Shown piece by piece: positions 53,041 through 61,197 of a stretch of DNA of 64,000 nt. The stretch is from positions 17,299-81,298 of the forward strand of contig JAWKHS010000022.1 of the NCBI GenBank assembly GCA_041394705.1. The letters are read 5' to 3'. Every line of letters starts with the position of its first letter. The first letter of the stretch is position 1. Both the position numbers and the translations under genes were made by a program. Below the pieces are notes generated by a model, which was not told the origin of the DNA, made no database searches, and saw nothing but the letters and a program-made list of their open reading frames with translations. This DNA is from Vicinamibacterales bacterium (GTDB lineage Bacteria > Acidobacteriota > Vicinamibacteria > Vicinamibacterales > UBA2999).

Positions 53041-54675
53041 ATGCCTTCGTCAGGATCGCGGCCCATCGCGGCTGTCGTGGCGTCCGCGGCACTCGCGTGC
53101 GCGGGCGCGTTCGCCGCCCCGGCCCACGCGCAGTCGCCGCCACCGGCGCTGGCCGCCAGCGCGTCGATCGAGCAGACCTCGCCGGGAACGCGGCCCGCGC
53201 CGGAGATCGTCGCGTCGTTCGACGGCCTGGGGGCGACGCTGCACGCGGGCGACACGCCGCCGCGCAACCCCTCGGACAACAGCCTGGCGGTGGGGCGCGA
53301 CCACGTGATGCAGACCGTGAACTCGCAGGTGGCCGTGTTCACGAAGGACGGAGGCGCGGTGTACGGCCCGGTGGGCACCCACACCTTCTTCACGGGATTC
53401 GGCGAGGTGTGCGGCAGCCGGCCCAACGGCGATGCCGTGGTGCGCTACGACCAGCTGGCCGACCGCTGGCTGGTCGTCATGCCGATCTTCCGGCGGGCCG
53501 TCGTGCGGGCCGCCGGGACCGCGACGGGCGAGGCGCCCGCACCGCCCGGCATCGCCGCACGGCCCGGGCAGGCGTCCGATCCCGGCCCGGCCGCGCGTCC
53601 GGGACCGCCCCCTCCTCCACCCGCGCCGTCGAACCAGGCGCCGCCGGCGGACGCCATCTACGCCCTGTGCTACGCGGTGAGCGCCACGCCCGATCCGCTC
53701 GGCCCCTACTATCGCTACGTGTTCGAGCGCGCGCTCTTCCCGGACTACCCGCGGCCGGCCGTCTGGCCCGACGGCTACTACCTGCCGACGAGCACGGGCG
53801 ACGAGGTCATCCAGAAACACGTCTGCGTGGTGGACCGCGCGCGGATGCTCGCGGGCCAGCCCGCCACCGAGCAGTGCGTGGTGATCGACGGCGTCAACTT
53901 CCTGAACACGTCGGACCTCGACGGCACGACGCCGCCGCCGGCCGGCGCGCCGAACCTCGTCGTGGCCAGCGGCGGCACGCAGCTCCACGGCGACATCGAC
54001 GACGACGGCCTGTACGTCTGGAAGATGCACGTGGACTGGACGCATCCGACGAACACGCACCTCGAGGGCCCGAGGAAGATCGAGGTCACGCCGTATCGCT
54101 ACCTGTGCGGGGGCCAGCTCACCGATTGCGTACCGCAGCCCGGCGTGGAACGCCGGCTCGACGCGCAGGGCGACAAGATCATGGCGCGGCTGGTCTACCG
54201 GAACCTGGGCGCGTCCCAGTCGCTGGTCGCCGTGCACTCGGTGGACACGGCCGCTGGCGGAGGCGGCGTGCGCTGGTACGAGCTCCGGCTCGACGCCAAC
54301 GGCGATCCGCAGCTCCGTCAGCAGAGCACCTACGCGCCCGACGGCGCGTACCGCTGGATGGCCAGTCCCGCCATCGACAGGGCCGGCAACATCGCCATCG
54401 GCTACTCGTTCGGCAGCGCGGCCGACTTCCCCGGGCAGCGTCTGGCCGCGCGGCTGGCGGAGGATCCGCCCGGGCGGCTGACCACCGCCGAGGCCGTGCT
54501 CGCCAGGGGCGAGGCGTCGCAGACCTCGACGCTCCGGTGGGAGGACTACACGCAGACGGCGGTGGACCCGGCGGACGACTGCACGATCTGGTACGTGGGC
54601 GACTACCTGAAAGCGGGCCAGGCAAGCTACTCCACGCGCATCGCGGCCGTGCGCCTGCCAGGCTGCGGCCGGTAG
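53041..54675 (+). CDS. Secreted hypothetical protein, distant paralogue of the N-terminal domain of the CDS at 33480
   Basis: ORF 52687 was trimmed to ATG 53041; the upstream part is antisense to the 2Fe-2S gene. The signal peptide ends in AHA-QS. Shared motifs are DAVVRYDQLADRWLVV and RWEDYTQTAVDPADDCTIWYVGDY. A Pro-rich insert is present (PGPPPPPPAPS). Confidence 0.75.
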   Translation: MPSSGSRPIAAVVASAALACAGAFAAPAHAQSPPPALAASASIEQTSPGTRPAPEIVASFDGLGATLHAGDTPPRNPSDNSLAVGRDHVMQTVNSQVAVFTKDGGAVYGPVGTHTFFTGFGEVCGSRPNGDAVVRYDQLADRWLVVMPIFRRAVVRAAGTATGEAPAPPGIAARPGQASDPGPAARPGPPPPPPAPSNQAPPADAIYALCYAVSATPDPLGPYYRYVFERALFPDYPRPAVWPDGYYLPTSTGDEVIQKHVCVVDRARMLAGQPATEQCVVIDGVNFLNTSDLDGTTPPPAGAPNLVVASGGTQLHGDIDDDGLYVWKMHVDWTHPTNTHLEGPRKIEVTPYRYLCGGQLTDCVPQPGVERRLDAQGDKIMARLVYRNLGASQSLVAVHSVDTAAGGGGVRWYELRLDANGDPQLRQQSTYAPDGAYRWMASPAIDRAGNIAIGYSFGSAADFPGQRLAARLAEDPPGRLTTAEAVLARGEASQTSTLRWEDYTQTAVDPADDCTIWYVGDYLKAGQASYSTRIAAVRLPGCGR

Positions 54676-54687
54676 CGCAGGTCGCCT

Positions 54688-54702
54688 GCGACATTTCGTC
54701 GC
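54688..54702. promoter_or_regulatory. RegR/RegA-box-like palindrome GCGAC-ATTTC-GTCGC, 69 nt upstream of regB
   Basis: It is a perfect inverted repeat. It fits the RegR-box consensus GNGRCRTTNNGNCGC (quoted from memory) at all specified positions. An extra GTCGC half-site lies at 54681-54685. Confidence 0.5.
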
Positions 54703-54770
54703 ACGCCGCGAGCCGCTGCCGCCGGCCGGTTACCCTGGAGGGCGGACGGCCCGCCCGGCGTCCGGATTGC

Positions 54771-56042
54771 ATGCCCGATCGGTCCTTGCGCCCCGAGCCC
54801 CACCGGCCCTCCCGAGTCGTCCTGCCCTGGCTCGTGCGCCTCCGGTGGGCGTCGCTCGCGGGTCTCGCGGCGGTGTTCGCGGCCACGCCGCTCCTGGGCA
54901 TCGAGGTGCCCGGGGCGCCCATCGCGCTGCTGCTGGCGGGGCTGGCGGCCACCAACGTGGTCCTCGCCCTGCAGCTCAGGTCCCCCGAGCCGAGCCGGAC
55001 CGTGATCGGCTGGTCGCTGCTGCTGGACGGCGCCCTCCTGACCGGCATCCTGTACTACGCGGGCGGGCCGATGAACCCGATCAGCGTCGTGTACCTGGTC
55101 GGCATCACGCTGGCCGCGGTGACGCTCGGCCACCGCTGGGCGCTGGTCGTCTCGGCCGTGTCCATCGGCGCCTACGCGCTCACCTTCTTCTGGTACGAGC
55201 CGCTCCAGTTCACCGACGACCGCTCCACGCAGTACACGCTCACGCTCCACCTGGCCGGCATGTGGGTGGCCCTGTCGGCGGCGGCGGCCCTCATCGCGTA
55301 CTTCGTCGGGCGGGTCTCCGAAGCGCTCGAACAACGGGAAACGGAGCTGATCGCCGCGCGGGTCCAGGCCGAACGCAGCGAGCGGCTGGCCGCGCTGCTG
55401 GCCCTGGGTGCCGGCGCGGCCCACGAACTGGCCACCCCGCTCAGCTCCGTCCGCACGCTGGTCGGCGAACTGGAGCGCACGATGGCGGCGGGCGAGACCG
55501 CGCCGGCCGAGTCGCGGGAGATGCTGCGGGTGATGCGCCGGGAGATCGACCGGTGCACCCACGTCCTGGACCAGCTGAGCGGACGCGCCACGCCGGCGTC
55601 GGCGGCCGACACCGAGGTCGATCCCGCGTCCCTCGCCGACGAGGTCCGGCGCCGCCTCGGCGACGCGCGCGGCGCGCGGCTCGACGTGGTCCTGCCCCAC
55701 GCGCCCCGTCCCATCGCGGCCCCGGCCGAGCCGCTCCGGCAGGTGGTGGTCGCCCTCCTCCAGAACGCCTTCGACGCGTCCGCGCCCGGCCAGCACGTCG
55801 CGCTGAGCGTGGACCAGTCGCGGGGCGTCCGTCTCGAGATCGTGGACCACGGCCACGGCATGTCCGACGAGCTGTCGGCCAGGATCGGGGAACCGTTCGT
55901 CACGACCAAGCCGCAGGGCACGGGCCTCGGCCTGGGCCTGTTCCTGGCGCGCGCCTTCGCCGAGCAGATGGGGGGCGCCCTCCACGTGCACTCGGTGATG
56001 GGCCAGGGCACCTCCGTCGTGCTGGAGCTGCCCGCGGCATGA
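54771..56042 (+). CDS. regB: Redox-sensing histidine kinase of the RegB/PrrB/ActS type
   Basis: The N-terminus has multiple TM helices and a GGPMNPI segment (compare the RegB GGxxNPF quinone motif). H-box GAAHELATPL. The redox-box-like Cys lies in MRREIDRCTHVLDQL. The HATPase_c domain carries G-boxes (DHGHGM, GTGLGLGL). Confidence 0.85.
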   Translation: MPDRSLRPEPHRPSRVVLPWLVRLRWASLAGLAAVFAATPLLGIEVPGAPIALLLAGLAATNVVLALQLRSPEPSRTVIGWSLLLDGALLTGILYYAGGPMNPISVVYLVGITLAAVTLGHRWALVVSAVSIGAYALTFFWYEPLQFTDDRSTQYTLTLHLAGMWVALSAAAALIAYFVGRVSEALEQRETELIAARVQAERSERLAALLALGAGAAHELATPLSSVRTLVGELERTMAAGETAPAESREMLRVMRREIDRCTHVLDQLSGRATPASAADTEVDPASLADEVRRRLGDARGARLDVVLPHAPRPIAAPAEPLRQVVVALLQNAFDASAPGQHVALSVDQSRGVRLEIVDHGHGMSDELSARIGEPFVTTKPQGTGLGLGLFLARAFAEQMGGALHVHSVMGQGTSVVLELPAA

Positions 56043-56581
56043 AGGACCGGATGCAGCCGACGATCCTGGTCGTCGAGGACGACGCCGTCTTCCGCTCGGT
56101 GCTCGTCACGGCGCTCGAGCAGCGTGGCTACGACGCGGTGGGTGTGGCCGACGGACAGGGAGCGCTCGCGGCCGCCCGCGCCGACAGCCCGGAGATGGCC
56201 GTCGTCGATCTCCGGCTGCCGGACATGTCCGGCCTCGACGTGGTCCGGGAACTCAAGGCCATCGACCAGACGACGGCCGTCGTCGTGCTCACGGGGTACG
56301 GCAGCATCGCCACGGCCCTCGAGGCCATCCGCCTCGGCGCCGCGCACTATCTCACCAAGCCGACCGACGCCGACCGCATCCTCGACGCGTTCCGCCGCGG
56401 CCTCGACGCCCGCCCGCGCGATCTCCCCATGGACACGCCGTCGCTGGCCCGCGTGGAGTGGGAGCACATCCAGCGGGTCCTCGCCGACTGCGGAGGCAAC
56501 ATCTCCGAGGCGGCGCGCGCGCTCTCGATGCACCGCCGCTCCCTGCAGCGCAAGCTCGCCAAGTACCCGACGCCGAAGTAG
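56039..56581 (+). CDS. regA: Response regulator of the RegA/PrrA/ActR type (receiver plus Fis-type HTH)
   Basis: The ATGA overlap with regB implies coupled translation. The receiver reads ILVVEDD...AVVDLRLPDMSG...LTGYGSIATALEAIRLGAAHYLTKP. The C-terminal HTH is GGNISEAARALSMHRRSLQRKL. Confidence 0.9.
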   Translation: MKDRMQPTILVVEDDAVFRSVLVTALEQRGYDAVGVADGQGALAAARADSPEMAVVDLRLPDMSGLDVVRELKAIDQTTAVVVLTGYGSIATALEAIRLGAAHYLTKPTDADRILDAFRRGLDARPRDLPMDTPSLARVEWEHIQRVLADCGGNISEAARALSMHRRSLQRKLAKYPTPK

Positions 56582-56629
56582 ACGCGGCCCTGCGTCACGT
56601 TGTCGCACCCGCCGTCGCGGCGTCCGGCT

Positions 56630-56644
56630 GCGACATCTTGTCGC
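56630..56644. promoter_or_regulatory. RegR/RegA-box-like palindrome GCGAC-ATCTT-GTCGC upstream of the cytochrome c/pcuC/SCO operon
   Basis: It is a perfect inverted repeat with one deviation from the remembered consensus. Additional GTCGC half-sites lie at 56602-56606 and 56614-56618. It sits about 96 nt upstream of GTG 56740. Confidence 0.5.
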
Positions 56645-56739
56645 GCCCGAACGGCCCTGGCTGCCAGGAGGATCGGGACGCGGACCCGCGCACGGCATGA
56701 GGCCGGCGCCCGGGACCCGGGCGAGATCGGGGACACGTC

Positions 56740-57153
56740 GTGAAGGCAGGCGCCGGCATCACTGGATTCTTCGGGCTCGCGGCGGGCCTCGTTCTCGCCG
56801 CCGCCTGCAACCCGGCGCCTCGGCCCGTTCCCGTGGAGACCGCCGTCGACGGCAAGACGCTGTACGCCGAGAACGGCTGCGGCAGCTGTCACGGCCCGCT
56901 CGGCCGCGGCGACGGGCCGATCAGCGGCACCCTGGACCCGCGGCCCACGGACTTCCAGGAATCGGGCGCATTCGTGACGGGCCTGACCGTCGAGGCCGTC
57001 GCGGCGACGATTGCCGACGGCATCCAGCTGCACGCGGCGCCCGGCGTGCCCTCCGATCACCGGCAGGGCATGCCGCGGTTCCCCCACCTGTCGGACACCG
57101 AGCGCCAGTCCCTGGCGCGCTACGTGCTGTCGCTCCGCGACCCGTCTCACTAG
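56740..57153 (+). CDS. Monoheme c-type cytochrome lipoprotein
   Basis: Start GTG 56740. Lipobox LAAAC. Heme motif CGSCH with a distal Met candidate (QGMPRF). Confidence 0.85.
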   Translation: MKAGAGITGFFGLAAGLVLAAACNPAPRPVPVETAVDGKTLYAENGCGSCHGPLGRGDGPISGTLDPRPTDFQESGAFVTGLTVEAVAATIADGIQLHAAPGVPSDHRQGMPRFPHLSDTERQSLARYVLSLRDPSH

Positions 57154-57162
57154 GAGATTCCC

Positions 57163-57612
57163 ATGATCCTGCGTCGTCTCTCGTTCCTTGCGGCCGCCGC
57201 CGTCCTCACGACCGGCGCGCTCGCCTCGGCCCAGACCCCCGCCGTGACCGTGCACGACGCCTGGGTGCGGCAGCCGATGGGCGGCCGCGACATGACGGGG
57301 GCCTTCGCCGTCGTCGAGAACACGGGCAACGCGCCGCGGTCGATCGTGGCCGCGTCGTCGGATCTCTCCGACAAGGTCGAACTGCACGAGATGAAGAACG
57401 AGAACGGCATGATGCGCATGTCGCCGGTGAAGAAGATGGACGTGCCCGCGCAGGGCCGCCTCGAGCTGAAGCCGGGCTCGTTCCACGTGATGCTGTTCGA
57501 GATCAAGAAGCGGCCGGCCCCCGGCGACAAGGTGCGGCTCACCCTGACGCTCGACGACGGCACCACGGTGACCACCGAGGCGCAGGTGCGCGCGCCGGGG
57601 TCGATGCAGTGA
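57163..57612 (+). CDS. pcuC: Periplasmic copper chaperone PCuAC (DUF461)
   Basis: AGGAG lies 6 nt upstream. A signal peptide is present. Cu(I) motifs are HEMKNENGMMRM and GSFHVML. Confidence 0.9.
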   Translation: MILRRLSFLAAAAVLTTGALASAQTPAVTVHDAWVRQPMGGRDMTGAFAVVENTGNAPRSIVAASSDLSDKVELHEMKNENGMMRMSPVKKMDVPAQGRLELKPGSFHVMLFEIKKRPAPGDKVRLTLTLDDGTTVTTEAQVRAPGSMQ

Positions 57613-58211
57613 GCGTCGGCCAGGGATTCCGCCGGGCCGCGTGCGCACTGGCGCTTGCGGCGCTGACCGCGGCGGCCGGCTGCACCCGAACGCCGGCCGT
57701 CGAGCGCCTGCCGGTCCTGCCCATCGGCGGCGACTTCGCGCTCACCGACCACGACGGCCAGCCGTTCACGCTGGCGTCCCAGCGCGGCAAGATCATCCTG
57801 ATCTTCTTCGGCTACAGCTCGTGCCCCGATGCCTGCCCCACCACCCTGTCGAAGCTCGCCACCGTGGCCCGCAGGCTCGGGGACGACAAGGGCCGGATGC
57901 GGACGCTCTACATCTCGGTGGATCCGGACCGCGACACGCCGCCGGTGCTGAAGGCGGACCTCGCCAACTTCGCGCTGGACGCCCTGGGACTGACCGGCAC
58001 GAAGGAGGCCATCGACACGGTGGTGGCCCAGTACGGCGCGGCCTACGAGATCGTGCCCACGCCGGAGTCGGCGGCGAAGTACACGGTGTCGCACACGACG
58101 ACGGTGTTCGCGCTGGATGCCCAGGGGCGGGTCCGCAAGACGTTCGCCTACGAGGCCACGGTGGACGAGATCGTGGAGGGCATCCGCGCGATCCTGGCTC
58201 AGCCGGCCTAG
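57609..58211 (+). CDS. SCO1/SenC family copper-binding thiol-disulfide protein
   Basis: GTG 57609 overlaps the pcuC stop (GTGA). Lipobox AAAGC. CxxxC motif YSSCPDACP, with the conserved His in VSHTT. Confidence 0.9.
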   Translation: MSVGQGFRRAACALALAALTAAAGCTRTPAVERLPVLPIGGDFALTDHDGQPFTLASQRGKIILIFFGYSSCPDACPTTLSKLATVARRLGDDKGRMRTLYISVDPDRDTPPVLKADLANFALDALGLTGTKEAIDTVVAQYGAAYEIVPTPESAAKYTVSHTTTVFALDAQGRVRKTFAYEATVDEIVEGIRAILAQPA

Positions 58212-58328
58212 CGGGCGCGGGACCGCGCGCCGGACGGCACGGCCGGAGCGGCCGCCGGCGGCGGGAAACCCGCGCGGACGGCCGGCATCGTACCTGCGCC
58301 GGCGTCACCACCGCCGCGAAGGACGCGC

Positions 58329-59090
58329 ATGAATGCCATCCGGCCGCTCGACATCCCCGTCATCCTCGGCACGACGCGCCAGGGCCGCGCCAGCGCGCAC
58401 GCGGCGCGGCTCCTGGCCGACCTCCTGAACCGTCGCCGCGGCGTGAGAAGCCGGCTCATCGACATCGCGGCGGTGCCCACGCCCGTGAACGACGCCGGCG
58501 AGGCCATCAAGGACGCGGCCTTCGCCGCCGCCATGCAGGCCGCCGACGGGCTCGTCATCGTCGCGCCGGAATACAACCACAGCTTTCCCGGCCTGCTGAA
58601 GCACGTGCTGGATTCCTGCCTGAGCGAGTACATCCACAAGGCCGTCGGCCTGGTCGGCGTCTCGTCGGGTCCCTTCGCCGGCATCCGCGTCGTCCAGGGC
58701 CTGCTCCCGGTGATGCGGGAGCTGGGGCTCGTGACGATCTTCTGGGACATCAACATCGGGCAGGTCGGCACGGTGTTCGCCGAGGACGGCCGGCTGCTCG
58801 ACGAGGCGTTCGTGCGGCGGTCGGACCGCTTCATCCGCGAGCTCCTCTGGATGGCGAAGGTGCTCAGGATGGGACGCGAGCAGGTGAGCATCGACGACGA
58901 GGCCGCCGAAGCGGTCCCGCCGATGCCGTGCCCGGCGTGCGGCACGCCGATGACGCACCACGCGGACAAGACGGTACCCGCCTCCGGCACCGACACCGAG
59001 GTGGCGGTGGCCGCCGCGATGGCCTGCGGCAGCTGCGGCGCCGGCGCGACGACCGTGACGCTGGCGCCAGCCACCGACGTGCCCGCGTAG
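58329..59090 (+). CDS. NAD(P)H-dependent FMN reductase with a C-terminal four-Cys extension
   Basis: The flavodoxin-like core carries VIVAPEYNHSFPGLLKHVLD. The extra ~55-aa tail contains CPAC...CGSC. Confidence 0.85.
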   Translation: MNAIRPLDIPVILGTTRQGRASAHAARLLADLLNRRRGVRSRLIDIAAVPTPVNDAGEAIKDAAFAAAMQAADGLVIVAPEYNHSFPGLLKHVLDSCLSEYIHKAVGLVGVSSGPFAGIRVVQGLLPVMRELGLVTIFWDINIGQVGTVFAEDGRLLDEAFVRRSDRFIRELLWMAKVLRMGREQVSIDDEAAEAVPPMPCPACGTPMTHHADKTVPASGTDTEVAVAAAMACGSCGAGATTVTLAPATDVPA

Positions 59091-59143
59091 ATGGCGGGCG
59101 TCGGAGGGTCGGGGCGGCACGCGCAACGCCCCGGACGGCCGCG

Positions 59144-59575
59144 CTACTGCGAGCGCTGGACGGTTCGCAGGATGTCCACCATCGCCGGCGACATGTCGGT
59201 GTGGTGGTGGACGATCTTCCAGCCCTGCGTGCCGCGGCGGTAGACGTTCGTGACGCGGTTGTGCCCGATGTTGATCAGATGGCCCGCGAGCTTGAGCGTG
59301 CCGTTCTCCACGCCCACCTCGCACGCCATGTCGCCGGCGAGGAGGAGGTGCTGTTCCTCCAGCGCGACCCTGCCTTCGGTCGAGAGCCGCGCCACCGCCT
59401 CCCAGGAACCGCGCACGTCGTCCCAGCCGATCTGACGGCCGCCAATCGGGTGCAGCGTGGTGACGTCCGGGTCGTGGGCCCAGATGTCGGCCAGCGCGCG
59501 GGCATCGCCGTTCACCATGCGGTTCAGTGCCGAGTAGAACTGCTCCGAGGCCTTGCGGACGTCGTCCAGTGCCAT
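59144..59575 (-). CDS. NTF2/SnoaL-like fold protein
   Basis: ORF was trimmed to ATG 59575, with GGAGG 6 nt upstream. The ~143-aa product has FYSALNRMVNGDARALADIWAHDPDVT, typical of SnoaL_3/DUF4440-like proteins. Confidence 0.75.
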   Translation of the reverse strand: MALDDVRKASEQFYSALNRMVNGDARALADIWAHDPDVTTLHPIGGRQIGWDDVRGSWEAVARLSTEGRVALEEQHLLLAGDMACEVGVENGTLKLAGHLINIGHNRVTNVYRRGTQGWKIVHHHTDMSPAMVDILRTVQRSQ

Positions 59576-59680
59576 GGCTCGCCTCCGGCGTCTGTCGAGG
59601 GGATGGGGCGCGCGCGGACGCGCGTCAGCCCGCATGTTACCCCCGGCTCGCGGTGCGCCGGCCGTACAACGCTGTCAGGT

Positions 59681-61138
59681 TCAGGCGTCGCGCCGGGCGA
59701 TGCGCCCGTTCACGCGGATCCAGCGGATCCGGCCGCCCGCCTCCCGGATGAACTCATACGGCATCCCGACGTACTGGCCGCCCGTCGCGTAGGCGACGTC
59801 CGGGCCGTAGAACACGAGCGGCGCGTCGGGCTGGCCGTCGCCCACGGCCACGACGAGGTGATCCGCGTCCCGCCGGACCAGGACCGTGCCGACCGGCGGA
59901 CGGCGGTAGGTGCCGGCATACGCGTCGAGCGGCGGCTGGACGGCCAGTGGCCGGGCATGGAACGTCATCGCCTCGTTCACGCCGCGATGCCCGATCCGCT
60001 GCCCAGGATCGAGCGCCAGGCCGGCGTAGCTCTTCAGGATCGCGGCCTCCACGTCCTGCACCAGCCGCCAGCCGTCCACGTGATTCGTGAAGACACAGAA
60101 CGCCAGGTTCCGCGCGGGCACGAGCTGCAGGAGCAGGCAGTGCCCGTTCAGGGTGCCGCCATGGGCCACGGTCTTCACGCCGCCCAGCGTGCGGACGTGC
60201 CAGCCCGCGCCCATCTCGTCGGTGGTCGCGTTCTTGGGGACCTGCGCCGTCTGCATCAGCTCCAGGAGCGCGCGTGAGACGTGCGGCGTGCCCTCGGCGG
60301 TGCGGCCGTCGCCCAGGTGGAACCGCGCGTAGCGCATCGCGTCGGCGATGGAGGTGAGGACGCCGCCGGCCGTGGTGCTCGACGTGGTCTGGAAGGGCCG
60401 GATGACCTCGACGGCGCCGCCGCGCGTCCGATGGCCCAGCGTGAGCCGCCGCGTCATGGCATCCGTGAGGCGCGTCACGGTGCGCGTGAGGCCGAGCGGC
60501 GCGACGACCAGGTCGCGAAGCGCGTCGTGGATGCTCTTCCCGGTCACCACCTCGATGAGGCGCCCGGTCAGGGCGAAGCCCGCGTTGTTGTAGCTCCACA
60601 CACGTCCCGGCGGCGCCAGCTGCGGCAGCGTCGGCATGATCGTGCCGGCGAAGTGCGCGAGGGCGCCCGCGCCGCGGTCTTCGGTCGTGAGCTGGCCCTC
60701 CCAACCCGGCGTGTGCGTCAGGCAGTGCCACAGCGAGACGGTGCGGCTCGCCTCGTCGTCGACGACACGGAACCCCGGCACGTAGCGCTGAATCGGCGCG
60801 CGCAGGTCCACGCGGCCGTCCTGCACCAGCTTCATCAGCGCCGTGGCCGTGACCGTCTTGGAGATCGACGCGATCGTGAAGAGGGTGTCGTCGGTGATGG
60901 GCCGGGGGTCGTCGTGGTCGGTCACGCCGAGGCCCCGGAGCGTCACCTCGCCGTCGGCCAGGACCCCCAGGCCGACGCCGGGGACGCCGTAGGCCTGCAT
61001 CTTCGCGGCCGCGAGTTCGGCGACGGCCTCGAAGCGCGGGTCGCGCCGGGCGGCGCCGCGGCGGGCGGGGCGGACGGAGGCGGCCGGGAAGTGCAGCGCG
61101 GGCACGGACGCCAGCGCGAGGAAGTCGCGTCGCAGCAT
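59681..61138 (-). CDS. Tat/Sec-exported serine hydrolase (beta-lactamase family)
   Basis: The N-terminus is MLRRDFLALASVPAL. SxxK motif FTIASISKT. The class-C-like fold spans the full length. Confidence 0.9.
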   Translation of the reverse strand: MLRRDFLALASVPALHFPAASVRPARRGAARRDPRFEAVAELAAAKMQAYGVPGVGLGVLADGEVTLRGLGVTDHDDPRPITDDTLFTIASISKTVTATALMKLVQDGRVDLRAPIQRYVPGFRVVDDEASRTVSLWHCLTHTPGWEGQLTTEDRGAGALAHFAGTIMPTLPQLAPPGRVWSYNNAGFALTGRLIEVVTGKSIHDALRDLVVAPLGLTRTVTRLTDAMTRRLTLGHRTRGGAVEVIRPFQTTSSTTAGGVLTSIADAMRYARFHLGDGRTAEGTPHVSRALLELMQTAQVPKNATTDEMGAGWHVRTLGGVKTVAHGGTLNGHCLLLQLVPARNLAFCVFTNHVDGWRLVQDVEAAILKSYAGLALDPGQRIGHRGVNEAMTFHARPLAVQPPLDAYAGTYRRPPVGTVLVRRDADHLVVAVGDGQPDAPLVFYGPDVAYATGGQYVGMPYEFIREAGGRIRWIRVNGRIARRDA

Positions 61139-61197
61139 GCGGGACAGTCTACGATGGCGTCCCGCCGCGCACCGGCCGGCGGCGAGGGAGGTCCACC

